A DNA stretch of 57,049 nucleotides from Lysobacterales bacterium (GCA_038213095.1 JBBQTR010000001.1:1-57049); one strand, 5' to 3'. Counted from the first letter of the stretch, positions 1 through 9,783 are shown. The notes: a model not told the origin generated them from the sequence alone. A program made the numbers and translations.

Positions 1-339
1 CTGCGCAAGGACTCACTGCACATCGACGCCGCCGATCGCGAATTGCTGCGAGCAACCATCGCCGCGCAGGAGGCGCGGCACGTGCTGGTGACGCATGGCA
101 CGGACACCATGGTCGATACCGCTCACGTGCTGGCCGGTATCGCCGACAAGACGATTGTGTTGACCGGCGCCCTGAATCCGGCACGTTTCCGCGGGTCGGA
201 TGCGGAATTCAATGTCGGCACCGCGGTGGGCGCGGTGCAATCGTTGGGGCCCGGGGTCTACATCGCGATGAATGGCCGCGTGTGGGATCCGGCGAGGGTG
301 CGGAAGAACGTGGCAGCGAATCGGTTCGAGGCGATTTAG
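1..339 (+). CDS. L-asparaginase-domain protein (5'-truncated by window edge)
   Basis: Frame is open from base 1 (LRKDSLHIDAADRELLRATI...). Motifs VTHGTDTM and VLTGA...SDAEFN are typical of type I asparaginase domains. Confidence 0.85.
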   Translation: MRKDSLHIDAADRELLRATIAAQEARHVLVTHGTDTMVDTAHVLAGIADKTIVLTGALNPARFRGSDAEFNVGTAVGAVQSLGPGVYIAMNGRVWDPARVRKNVAANRFEAI

Positions 340-391
340 TTCTGCTGGTCATCAGTTGACATCGATTTAAACGCTTCCGCCGTTGGCGGGA

Positions 392-562
392 TACTTTTCT
401 TTGCAAGCACCCAAAGAAAAGTAACCAAAAGAAAGGGCGCGTCCCCGACACAGCTGGCTCGCCACGCTTATCCTCAAAGGGATTTTCCGACTCGCCATCC
501 ATGGCTCGGTCGGCGGCTCTGAATTAAATCCACGCTGCACATCCTGTGCAGCGCCCTACGGG
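392..562. repeat. Intergenic REP/MITE-like multi-hairpin element
   Basis: Perfect 12-bp stem TACTTTTCTTTG (392-403)/CAAAGAAAAGTA (412-423). Second hairpin CCGAC..GCCATCCATGGC..GTCGG (487-513). Third hairpin CGCTGCACA-TCC-TGTGCAGCG (533-553). Lies between convergent genes. Confidence 0.55.
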
Positions 563-642
563 TCTGCGTAATTCGACAGTGTTCTAGCATTTTTCGAATC
601 TACAGCGAACAGCAAGAGGCCTTCGCGGTAACAAGACGAGAC

Positions 643-2769
643 TCACTTCATATCGAAGTCATACCGCAAGCTCGCCCAGACCGCCCGCGCTGGCAGCCGG
701 TAATACTGCGACTCACCCAGCTCGCTTTCGGACACCGGATCGCGACGATCGCTCAGGTTGGTGCCGTCAAGCCGCACTTCCCATTGCGCATGACGGTAGC
801 CGATCCCGGCATCGAAGGTCTGATACGCGCCGGCGAGCGCCCTGTTGCGTTTGTCGAGGTAGCGCGAGCCGACATGGTCGACGGTGACATACGCGCGGAT
901 GCCTTCAGGGCGTGCATATTGCAGGCCGAGGCTGCCGACCTGGCGCGGCGACAGTTCGAGTTGCTTGCCATCCAGTTGCGTAAGGACGCCGTCGAACAAC
1001 TGTTCGTAGTTCGTAAAGCGTGCGTCATGCCAGGCCCAGGTGCCCACTGCGCTGAAGGCGTCGGACAGACGCCAGTGCGCTTCGGCTTCGGCGCCCTTGA
1101 AATGTTCATTGCCGCCGTTGGTGAGGCCCGGCAATCCACCGACATCCTGGGTGACGACGAGGTTCTGGAAATTCATCTGGAAGACCGACACATCCCACTG
1201 CAATCGACCCGCGAACTGCTCGCCGCGCAGTCCGAACTCGCCGCTGCGCGCCTGCTCTGGTTGCAGGATCTGCGACTCGGCCTCGGGGCCGAAATCAATC
1301 GCCGCCGGCTTGAAGCTGTTCCGGTAATTGGCATAAGCGGTGAGGTAATCGTGTCCGCTTTGCCACAGGCGATAACTCGTGCCGAGCGCGCCGGTCCAGC
1401 GATGATCGGTGCGGGCCTGATCCTGGATATCACCAGGCACCGGCGCGACGCCTGTCAGGTCGATGGCCTGGCCGCTACGTGACTCCTGCGTGCGGTTGTA
1501 GCGCAAGCCGGCATCGATGCGCCATGCATCGGTGATCGCGTAATCAAGCGCGGCATACACACCACTGAAGTTGCGGCGATCCGACAAGCGCGTGCTTTCG
1601 TCGATATGCAGCGTTTCCCACGCCGGCGCATTGCTGCCATCGGGCAGCACGGCATACTCGAAGTTGTTGCTGCGCTGCGTGCCGTCACCATGCATGTGGT
1701 CCACGCCCCATACCAACGTGGCGCTATCGCTCAATTTGGTGGCGACGTGGCTGTCGAAGTACACCTCGCGGGTGGTGCGGCGCTGCTGGTAGCCGTCGGC
1801 ATTGTGCGTCACGCCGTCGTCGGCAAAATCCGGGCGCAGGAAGCCACGCACGATGTCGCCATTGTTTTCAGCAAAAGCCAGTCGCGTGCTCCATTGGCCG
1901 AAGCTTGTCGGCACTACGTAGCCCAGCGCGAGTTGCGTGCGGCTCTCATCCTGGCGGGCACCACGGGGATTGTCGTTGGCGTCCAGCGGGACGCGATCCG
2001 TCAGGGTCAATCCTTCGCGCGGATGCGGACTGGCAGGACGTTGTTGCACCAGGCTGCTGTCCACATCGAAGGTGAAGTCGCCATTACCCAATGTCGTGGC
2101 ACCACGATACAACGCGTGCCAACGCGAGAAGCCGGCGCGATCCTGGGCCAGGCCATCGTGCTCGCCGTCGACAAACAGCGATTGCTGCCAACGATCACCG
2201 GTTTTCGAGAGCGGCAACGCGAATGCGGCGCGTGCACTGCCCCGGCTGCCAATGCCAATTTCCAATGCCGGGCTGCCCTGGCCAGCGGCGCGGTGCAGGA
2301 CATGGATCACGCCGACGAAACTGGTGGCGCCATAACTCACGGGCGCCGCACCCTTGACCACTTCGATACGTTCGACGTTGTTGAGATTCAACGTCGCCAG
2401 AGCGGGTGAAAACGCACCGCCCCATGGCACACCGTCGACGACCAGCAGGAACGCATCGAACTCGCGCAAGCCCCACAGTGCCGGGACCGCGCTCGCCGGG
2501 CCATCGCCACCGCCGGGGGCGATGTCCACGCCGGCCACCAGTGACAATGCAGTACGCAGGTCTGTGGCGCCACGCGCACGCAGGTCATCGCCACTGACGA
2601 CGGTGGTGGTCTGGGTGGAGTCGCGCAGGTTGACTGGAATCTTTGCACTGGTGACTTCAACGGTTTCAAGCTCCACCGCATCCTGCGCTAAGGCGGATCC
2701 GGCGGACATGGCGAGCAGCGAACACGCGATCGCGCGCGCAAGCAGGCAACGTGGAAATTTGAATGACAT
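643..2769 (-). CDS. TonB-dependent outer-membrane receptor
   Basis: Signal peptide (ALA|Q), TonB-box-like LETVEVTS, plug motif NVERIEVVKGAAPVSYG and beta-barrel C-terminus. Start set to ATG 2769 behind a GGGAGA RBS; the ORF-track extension to 2859 runs through a terminator. Confidence 0.9.
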   Translation of the reverse strand: MSFKFPRCLLARAIACSLLAMSAGSALAQDAVELETVEVTSAKIPVNLRDSTQTTTVVSGDDLRARGATDLRTALSLVAGVDIAPGGGDGPASAVPALWGLREFDAFLLVVDGVPWGGAFSPALATLNLNNVERIEVVKGAAPVSYGATSFVGVIHVLHRAAGQGSPALEIGIGSRGSARAAFALPLSKTGDRWQQSLFVDGEHDGLAQDRAGFSRWHALYRGATTLGNGDFTFDVDSSLVQQRPASPHPREGLTLTDRVPLDANDNPRGARQDESRTQLALGYVVPTSFGQWSTRLAFAENNGDIVRGFLRPDFADDGVTHNADGYQQRRTTREVYFDSHVATKLSDSATLVWGVDHMHGDGTQRSNNFEYAVLPDGSNAPAWETLHIDESTRLSDRRNFSGVYAALDYAITDAWRIDAGLRYNRTQESRSGQAIDLTGVAPVPGDIQDQARTDHRWTGALGTSYRLWQSGHDYLTAYANYRNSFKPAAIDFGPEAESQILQPEQARSGEFGLRGEQFAGRLQWDVSVFQMNFQNLVVTQDVGGLPGLTNGGNEHFKGAEAEAHWRLSDAFSAVGTWAWHDARFTNYEQLFDGVLTQLDGKQLELSPRQVGSLGLQYARPEGIRAYVTVDHVGSRYLDKRNRALAGAYQTFDAGIGYRHAQWEVRLDGTNLSDRRDPVSESELGESQYYRLPARAVWASLRYDFDMK

Positions 2770-2789
2770 TGGTTTCTCCCGATCGGTAA

Positions 2790-2817
2790 ATAAAAACCCC
2801 GGCACGGAGCCGGGGTT
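2790..2817 (-). terminator. Intrinsic terminator after the beta-propeller gene
   Basis: Minus strand reads AACCCCGGC-TCCGT-GCCGGGGTT followed by TTTATTT. Confidence 0.75.
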
Positions 2818-2860
2818 CGGTTCAACGCGCACCCTAAAGGATGCGCAGGTCAGTCGCAAT

Positions 2861-5629
2861 CTAGAACGTGATGCTCCAGCTGCGCAACATGCCGTCGTTG
2901 GCCGCTGAAATGTCCTGCACGCGCAGCTTCCACACCCCGTTCATTGGCTTAGTCGACAAATCGACCGTATAGCTCTCGATAACATTCTTGGCCGAATCAG
3001 CCGCATCGCTCGCCTTGAGCGGAAACACGCTGTTGTCCGGTGCAATCAGGTCGATCACAAGGTCGCCGCGGTGGGTATGCCTGATGTTGACGTTGACCTG
3101 CGTATTGGACGATGCATTCCCCGGACGCGATGCCACCGTGATCGGGCTGTTGATCGTCCCGAAGGTGATCGGCACCGCAGCGGAGCTGGTGTACGTCTGG
3201 GTTGTCGGAGCCGCAACCGAGAGCTCCCAGACAGACCGCCCGTAGGTCGATGCGCGAATAAGTGAATCGTCGCCTGCCAGGTACACGCCGGTGACATTCA
3301 CCAGCGGCATGCCAGAACCATACCGCGTCCAGTTGTTGCCGCCGTCGGTGGAGGTGTACACGCCAAGATGGGTGCCGGCATACAGCGTCGTGGGCGTGAC
3401 CTGGTCGACAACCAGAGAATTCACCGGGATCCCGCCGGGGAAACCGGAGGCGCTGCTATCGATGGTGGTCCAGCTGGCGCCAAAGTTGGTCGACTTCCAC
3501 AAGTGGTTCTTTGTCTGGTCCGGGGCGACAGATGCCACATACACCGTATTGGTGTTGACCGGGTCGAACGAGATCCAACTGGTGCTTAAACCGTTGTTGG
3601 GAAGAGGAGCGGCCGAAGCAGCCCAACTTGCGCCGCCGTTCCTGCTGAGGAATACGCGGCCTCCGTTGGCCACGGCACCGACGATGCGGCTGTTGCGCGG
3701 CGCGACACCCACGCCACGGATGAACAAGGAACTCGTCGGCAGGCCGCTCGTGCCCAGTGGGGACCAAAGGCCCGCGTAATTGACGGTCTTGTACACCTTG
3801 GTGTTGCTGTAGGTGTAAATCGTATTGCCAGTGGGATCGCCAGGCCATGACGTCAGACGAGTCACGAACGGCGCATTGGCGGTGTCGTTGGCTTCGGCAA
3901 TGCCAGTGGTAGCCGCAGAGAAACTGAGGCCGGCGTTGGTGCTCTTCTGGATGCGGTCGTAGTACAAGCTGCCCAACATCTGGTTGGCGTTGCTGCTGTT
4001 GATATCGCAGCCGAAGCCGTCGCCGCCGATCTGCTGGTTGAACACGCTGGAGTTGCCATCGCGGACCCGCGTCCCGTTGTCCTGCAGGCCAATGATCACC
4101 GCATCGCGGTTGGCCAGCGAAGAGCCGAGCTGATACACCAGATGGGACGCGATTCCTTCATTGAGCGTGTCGGTGAAGTGCGCGGCATGGTCAATGGAAG
4201 CGAAAATGCCGCCGTCGGTACCGACATAAACCGTGCCGTCGCTGGCGATGTGGCCAGCGTGGAAATCAGCATGCACATACGGCAACTGAAACTGCGCCAA
4301 CCAATTGGTGGCCTGGGAGAACGTGGTGCCACCGTCGGTGGTCTTGGCCATCAGCAGTTGGCCGCCAAAATAAGCGACGTTTGGGTCGGTGGGGTCGACC
4401 ATCGTCATGTGGTTGTACCAGCCCTGGCCGCCAAGCAAATTCGCCAGCGACGAAGATTCCTGGTTGGGATTGGTGTACGCCTTGAAGTTGGAACCCGTCT
4501 TCCCGATGCTGGTCCAGGTCACGCCATCATCGACGGACTTGTAGAGGTCGACGAGGTCGTTGGAGCCCGACCCACTCGGCTTGGCCGCGGTGGCGTAGAG
4601 CACGGTGCGATCGGAAGATGCCGAATCCAGGCTGATGCGACCGATGCCGGTCGCCAAGCCAGACGTGACCGCCCAGCTTGCGCCACTGTCGGTCGAGCGC
4701 CAGATTTCTCCGTCGTTCGTGCCGCCCAGCAGGCTGAGTTCGAAATTGCTGCCGCCCGCCCAGGCAATCGACCAGACGACCGGAACGCCACCCGCGGCAG
4801 GAGTGATGACGACGTTGCTGAAGGTGGCGCCGGCATCCGTGGAGCGATACAGCCCCTTGTTGGTGGCAACCAGCACGATGTTCGAATTACCGGGGGCCAC
4901 CTGGATGTCAGAAATGACAGTGGAGTCGCCAAGGAAGACCGGTGCCGACCATGTATCGGCGCCGTCCGTCGACTTGACCAGGCCGATGCCAGTGCCGTCG
5001 AAGGGATCGCCGAGGCCGAGATACAGAATGCTGGAATTATTGGGATCCATCTCCAGGGCGCCAACCGACAGCGAACCCAAGGTGTCGGTCTTGGCCTGCC
5101 AGAAGGCGCCACTGTCGATCGATTTCCACACACCGCCGCCGGAGAAAGCAACGTAGATGGTGCTCGGAGTGGCGGGGTCGGTAACGATGGCATTGACGCG
5201 GCCGGAATCGGTCACGTTCAAGGTGCCGCCGTTCTTGGCATAGTTGGCCTTCGTCGGGCCGATGTTGGTCCAGTTGTTGACGGGCAGAATCGGTGCGTTG
5301 GAATCAATCAACGCCGGTGAGGTATTGCTTGGCATCTTGTCCGAATACCGCACCCGCTCGCGCTTAGCGGCTTCAAGCAGGAAACGCTCGTACGACTGCG
5401 AAAACAGCGCTCTCTTCTGGCCTTGCGCCTTGAGCAGCTTGCCATGCTGCGAGTAGTCGTCGTTGTACCACTCGTACATCGCCTGCGCGCGCGCGCCAGG
5501 GTTGTCGGCTTCGTGTTCGTTCTCGGGTGCGACCTGAGGCCCGCGCGCCATTGCCGCGAGTGGCATTGCGATGGCCAATGCCAGCAACGACCGGCGAACC
5601 CAACGAGCCTGCCCTGTTTTGATACCCAT
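2861..5629 (-). CDS. Secreted BNR/Asp-box beta-propeller protein (VPS10/GH74-like fold) with C-terminal proprotein-convertase P-domain
   Basis: Signal peptide and WTNIGP...GRVNAI motif. About ten Asp-boxes of the form S-x-D/N-x-G-x-x-W/F. C-terminal P-domain: VNIRHTHRGDLVIDL...GVWKLRVQD...GMLRSWSITF. Confidence 0.85.
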   Translation of the reverse strand: MGIKTGQARWVRRSLLALAIAMPLAAMARGPQVAPENEHEADNPGARAQAMYEWYNDDYSQHGKLLKAQGQKRALFSQSYERFLLEAAKRERVRYSDKMPSNTSPALIDSNAPILPVNNWTNIGPTKANYAKNGGTLNVTDSGRVNAIVTDPATPSTIYVAFSGGGVWKSIDSGAFWQAKTDTLGSLSVGALEMDPNNSSILYLGLGDPFDGTGIGLVKSTDGADTWSAPVFLGDSTVISDIQVAPGNSNIVLVATNKGLYRSTDAGATFSNVVITPAAGGVPVVWSIAWAGGSNFELSLLGGTNDGEIWRSTDSGASWAVTSGLATGIGRISLDSASSDRTVLYATAAKPSGSGSNDLVDLYKSVDDGVTWTSIGKTGSNFKAYTNPNQESSSLANLLGGQGWYNHMTMVDPTDPNVAYFGGQLLMAKTTDGGTTFSQATNWLAQFQLPYVHADFHAGHIASDGTVYVGTDGGIFASIDHAAHFTDTLNEGIASHLVYQLGSSLANRDAVIIGLQDNGTRVRDGNSSVFNQQIGGDGFGCDINSSNANQMLGSLYYDRIQKSTNAGLSFSAATTGIAEANDTANAPFVTRLTSWPGDPTGNTIYTYSNTKVYKTVNYAGLWSPLGTSGLPTSSLFIRGVGVAPRNSRIVGAVANGGRVFLSRNGGASWAASAAPLPNNGLSTSWISFDPVNTNTVYVASVAPDQTKNHLWKSTNFGASWTTIDSSASGFPGGIPVNSLVVDQVTPTTLYAGTHLGVYTSTDGGNNWTRYGSGMPLVNVTGVYLAGDDSLIRASTYGRSVWELSVAAPTTQTYTSSAAVPITFGTINSPITVASRPGNASSNTQVNVNIRHTHRGDLVIDLIAPDNSVFPLKASDAADSAKNVIESYTVDLSTKPMNGVWKLRVQDISAANDGMLRSWSITF

Positions 5630-5892
5630 TTTTCATACCCCAAATAATGCGGAAGCCGCCTTGGCGGCAGAGAGGCCGGGGAGAACACCGGTTCGCGCAA
5701 GGATAGCAACGATTATCGCCCCGCGCATGGCGAGCCAAGCATTGACGGCGTTAATCTAGATGTACAAATACATTGCACAGACCGCATCGCAAACCCGTAG
5801 GCGTGGTCGCAGTGGCTTGATCGTCCTTTGGAAACGTGACACAGGCCCGCTTCGAACTCGTCGAATCCAAGTAGTGGTTTTGCACGGACAGC

Positions 5893-5913
5893 AACCCCGG
5901 CACGAGGCCGGGG
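5893..5913 (-). terminator. Terminator-like hairpin after the 878-aa PPC gene
   Basis: CCCCGGC-ACGAG-GCCGGGG stem of the same family as the neighbouring terminators; U-tract is weak. Confidence 0.5.
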
Positions 5914-5989
5914 CCTATTCAACACATCCGGGCTGCGGATGTGGCGCAGCCCGAACTGGGTGCCGACTATCCGGCCGGTGCCGCGTCGC

Positions 5990-8593
5990 TCAGTTGATGG
6001 TGCCGGTCAGGTTGACACCCGAGTACGTCGCATTCGTACGGACGTTGATGTAGTACGTGCCCGCAGCCGGTGCGTTGAACGTGCAGGTCTCATTGTTACC
6101 CGTCAGATAGGGACGACACGAGTAATTGGCCAAGGTCGGCTTGCTGCCGATATTGACGTACATGTCCGCATCGCCAGTCCCACCGGAAATCGTGATCACC
6201 ACGCTCGTCTTGCCCGCGGGCACCTCCAGCGTGTAGGTCGACGAGACACTGCCGGCCGCCTTCGACGGCAATGCAACACCAACACCGCTGCAGAGCACCG
6301 TGCCGCCGCATCCGCCGCCGCCGCCCCCGACGCTGTAGCTGCCGGTCAGGCTGACGCCAGAGAAGGTCGCGTGACCATGGATCAGCACGTAGTACTTACC
6401 GACCTGCGGCGTTGCAATCGAGCAGGCTTCTGCCGTGGTGCTGCCTTCGGATTTGCAGTTGTTGACCGTGGTCGTCGGTGGACTGCCGAACTTCGCATAC
6501 AGGTCCGCATCACCGGTGCCGCCGTTGGTGACGAACTTCAGGTCCGTCGCACCCGCCGGAACTGCCAGCGTCCATAGCTGGTCACTGCCTAGCGCTCCTG
6601 CAATACCGGTCACCGCGACGCCGTTGGCCAGCACGCTGCCTACCGTGCCGGTGAAGTTCTGTCTGGTCACGTTGGCCCCGCTGACCGTCACGGTGCGATT
6701 GGTCGGCGAAAAACTGTACCCCGTAGCGCTCGGCGTCAACGTGTATTCCGCGGTGGCGAGGTTGGTCAATGTGTAAGTGCCGCTGCTGGCAGTGGTCGTG
6801 CTGACCGAGCCGGTGCTGACAGTGACGCCGCTGATACCCACGCCGGCGCTTGTGATGACGGTGCCGGAGACGGAGTAGGTCGTGGACGCCGCGCCGCAGT
6901 CATTGAACTTGAAATTGGCGATGCGGGTGTTCCAGCTGCCGGACGGCCGATACATCCCCACCATCCAGAAGGTGCAGTCGTCGGATGGGTCCACCACCAT
7001 CGAGTAATAGTCGCCCCAGCGGCCGGAGGTTTCCACCGCACTGCCCACAGCGACGGTGTTTTCGCCCTGCGTCATCACTCCGGCGGGATCGGCTGCCATG
7101 CGACCCGTGTAGCCGAGGGTTGCATAGGTGACTGGCGACGTAAGTCGCGTGACGTTGTACCCCAGCGCGATGTTGCCCTTGCTGTCGGTGGCGATGCTGC
7201 CCAGCAAGTGATGGGTGCTGGTATCGCCAGGGCTGAACGTGCCTTCCTGCTGCAGCGTCCATCTGCCTGTACCGACACGACGCAACTCGAACCAGCGCAC
7301 GCCCGCATTGACGGTAGTGCCGCTGCGGGCTGGATTCACGTTGGTCGCGAACTGGCCCACGATCGATTCATAGTTGCCCAGATTGCGATAGACCAGCGAA
7401 TTAAGGATGACCTCGCGAATGGGATCCAGCAGTGAGTTAGACCCCGGTTGCGGGACTGTCGCGAAGGTGGAGTAGTCGTGGAACCAGCTGTTGAACTCGG
7501 TGATCTGCACGCGTGGCAGCGCCGTGATGGAACTGTTGGCCGGTGTCGTCCAGTCGACATTCATCGAGAAAAGATCGATGAAATCATGGTTGGGGTCGGC
7601 ACCACTACCCGAGTGGGCTTCGTCATCATCATGACGGGCGAGGATCTGCTGGGTGCCGGCCGGTGGTGCGTGGGCGCTGTCGCCGACATATGTTGCAGGC
7701 GTCAATGCCTGGAAGCCATATCCAGCCAGCGCCGGAACGCTCACGAACCGCTGCTGCGCACGGGCGGTGGAACCGAGCAGCATGTTGACGCGGTCATACG
7801 CATATGCGGTGACGTTGGCATTGCCTTCGTTGTCGGTACAGACGTAAGCGTTGTCCCACACGCCGCAATGCGGATAGTCATTCTGCGTTGGCGTTGCGAA
7901 GCCGTAGAACCACCAGCCGCCCGACACCGGGTTTTCGCTCTTGGAAACATACACGCACATCTTTGGCACACTAGAACTGCCGCCCATTTCCAGCAGGAAC
8001 CAGCGGCCGGCAAGGCGATCGAACAGCACGATCGGGTCGCTGACCGACGACTTGCAACCATCTCCCGTCGGAGCCAGCGACGAGAACGCCGTAGGTCCCG
8101 TCAATTTCGTGCCGGTCTTGTCGTAGACGGTGAAGGTCGTGCCGCTGTTGCTGTTGACTCCGTACACCAGGTAGTTAGGGCTGACGTCAATCACTGGATC
8201 ACCAGGCGACACGCCTGTCGAACCATTGTTGATGCTGACGTGGTTGCCGTCGGCACGCAGGCTACGCACGGCCGGAGCGTGCTGATCCCAGATCCGCTGC
8301 AGATCAGGCAGGTAGTCGGGCTTTGCATGTACCGAGGGCGGCGCTGCCGGACTGACGCGATTTGGCGGGTAGAACTGACGCTTGTGCGCCTCGTGGATCG
8401 CCATGCCTGGATGCCAGGCTGGCACGACTGGCAGGCTGCGCAGATCGACATTCAAACTCACCGGCGTGACGGGGGCACCCAGCTGGACGCCGTGATACAC
8501 CTTGCTGCCAGCAGGCGCATTGCCCGCCCAGGCCGCCAAGGACATCAGCAATCCAAGTGCTGTGATCGAAAATTTCTTGCTGGGTTTCATCAT
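5990..8593 (-). CDS. Secreted protein: uncharacterised N-terminal domain, carboxypeptidase-regulatory-like Ig domain, two PPC (pre-peptidase C-terminal) domains
   Basis: Signal peptide MMKPSKKFSITALGLLMSLAAWA. N-domain motifs PGDP, SDPIVLFD..AGRWF, DYP.CGVW, GVRWFELR and RWGDY. Ig-like YSVSGTV...YSFSP domain. Two GGTGDAD(L/M)Y PPC repeats. Start trimmed from 8626. Confidence 0.85.
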   Translation of the reverse strand: MMKPSKKFSITALGLLMSLAAWAGNAPAGSKVYHGVQLGAPVTPVSLNVDLRSLPVVPAWHPGMAIHEAHKRQFYPPNRVSPAAPPSVHAKPDYLPDLQRIWDQHAPAVRSLRADGNHVSINNGSTGVSPGDPVIDVSPNYLVYGVNSNSGTTFTVYDKTGTKLTGPTAFSSLAPTGDGCKSSVSDPIVLFDRLAGRWFLLEMGGSSSVPKMCVYVSKSENPVSGGWWFYGFATPTQNDYPHCGVWDNAYVCTDNEGNANVTAYAYDRVNMLLGSTARAQQRFVSVPALAGYGFQALTPATYVGDSAHAPPAGTQQILARHDDDEAHSGSGADPNHDFIDLFSMNVDWTTPANSSITALPRVQITEFNSWFHDYSTFATVPQPGSNSLLDPIREVILNSLVYRNLGNYESIVGQFATNVNPARSGTTVNAGVRWFELRRVGTGRWTLQQEGTFSPGDTSTHHLLGSIATDSKGNIALGYNVTRLTSPVTYATLGYTGRMAADPAGVMTQGENTVAVGSAVETSGRWGDYYSMVVDPSDDCTFWMVGMYRPSGSWNTRIANFKFNDCGAASTTYSVSGTVITSAGVGISGVTVSTGSVSTTTASSGTYTLTNLATAEYTLTPSATGYSFSPTNRTVTVSGANVTRQNFTGTVGSVLANGVAVTGIAGALGSDQLWTLAVPAGATDLKFVTNGGTGDADLYAKFGSPPTTTVNNCKSEGSTTAEACSIATPQVGKYYVLIHGHATFSGVSLTGSYSVGGGGGGCGGTVLCSGVGVALPSKAAGSVSSTYTLEVPAGKTSVVITISGGTGDADMYVNIGSKPTLANYSCRPYLTGNNETCTFNAPAAGTYYINVRTNATYSGVNLTGTIN

Positions 8594-8657
8594 GTTCCCC
8601 GAGGAGTGAATGCATAGCCGCTGCATATTGATACGCGACGTGGTTCAGATGGTTCAA

Positions 8658-9551
8658 TCAATCGCTGTCATTGTCTTCATCCCCCGGATCGGGGGCGGCA
8701 GAAGACGTGCCAGCCATGGTGAAGCCGGCCCGCCGAACCAGGCGGATTTGTCCTCGCCGACTTTCCAGCATCAGCTTGGACGCGTTGGCACCGATCACCG
8801 CGCGGGCGTACTTGTCAGGCTCCTCACCCGGATGCCGGGTGATCCTGATTGAATAGTCGGTGGCAAACAACGCCGACGTCGCCATGTCCACCTCCGCATC
8901 CAACCGGTCATCCACGCCGACCTGGATATCGCCGGTGGTGGTCGACAGTCGTTGGCTGGCATTGCGCGGCGCGGTGCCCAGTGCGGCCTCGATGGTGCCG
9001 TCGCCGGTTTCGGCGTGGATCGCGCCACGAATGCCGCGCAGGTTGATGTCGCCCGCGGTGCTCTTCAGGTCGACATCTCCATGTACGCCATGCACATCGA
9101 TCAAGCCGTGTTCAGTGCGAACGGTCAGCGAATGGTTTTCCGGCACCAAGATGGACAGGTCCAGACGCTGGTCTTCGCGAACCGTTGCGCCTGCCGGCAA
9201 ACGCGGCACGACTGCGTAACCTGCGCCGGTGGGATCTGGCGCGAGTGCGATATGTGTTGCGCCCGTGGGCTCCTGCAGCACGGCATGGGTTTCGATCTTG
9301 TGTTCGTAACCGCCGAACCTCACGTGGACGTCGCCATATGGATTGTCGATGGTAATTGCCTGGCCCTGTGGAAGGGTCGCGGAATAATCACTACGCGTCG
9401 TGGTGATCGCAGTGACCTGGTCTTTTGCCGAGGATGCCTCCGAAGTCTGCACCGCCGGCGGTTGATGCTGTGATTGCGGACGATGAGGATCGCGATTGCA
9501 CGCTGCCAGCAACACCAGCGCAGCCGCACCCAGCACATGCGCACGCATCAT
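8658..9551 (-). CDS. DUF4097-like (beta-strand repeat) lipoprotein
   Basis: Lipobox LLLAAC and repeated xxxGDI/GTI/GLI beta-solenoid motifs (NPYGDV, TEHGLI, STAGDI, TGDGTI, TTTGDI, SRRGQI). Start uncertain (9551, 9611 or 9650). Confidence 0.7.
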   Translation of the reverse strand: MMRAHVLGAAALVLLAACNRDPHRPQSQHQPPAVQTSEASSAKDQVTAITTTRSDYSATLPQGQAITIDNPYGDVHVRFGGYEHKIETHAVLQEPTGATHIALAPDPTGAGYAVVPRLPAGATVREDQRLDLSILVPENHSLTVRTEHGLIDVHGVHGDVDLKSTAGDINLRGIRGAIHAETGDGTIEAALGTAPRNASQRLSTTTGDIQVGVDDRLDAEVDMATSALFATDYSIRITRHPGEEPDKYARAVIGANASKLMLESRRGQIRLVRRAGFTMAGTSSAAPDPGDEDNDSD

Positions 9552-9720
9552 CTGCGTGGCGTCCGACCACTGCCGTGCATGCGGATCATCGCATGCGAAT
9601 TCCTGGAACATGTCCAACCCCGAGGTATCGCAACGCCGCAATCGCAGCAAAAAAACGGCTCGCCACCTAAACAGGAGTCGCGAATGACCGTAAAAAAAGA
9701 GGACGCCCCTAGCGTCCGAA

Positions 9721-9783
9721 ATGTGACGTTACACGATTCTTGTGCTCAATTCACGCGGCAAGACAGCAGAACGGCGGCGTATG
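9721..9783 (-). promoter_or_regulatory. Shared upstream motif, copy A (putative promoter/operator)
   Basis: ATGTGACGTTA...TCACG..GCA...CAGCA.AACGGCGGCGTATG aligns with the copies at 12472 and 15339. Confidence 0.55.

Noticed and set aside
5630-5890. Possible c-di-GMP riboswitch upstream of the propeller gene
   Set aside because: No GEMM consensus in the sense orientation; only a short ATGTA-N4-TACAT palindrome (5760-5773), too weak to call.
4142-8617. Long plus-strand ORFs (4142-5320, 7448-8617)
   Set aside because: Antisense to well-supported secreted-protein genes; codon-bias artefacts.
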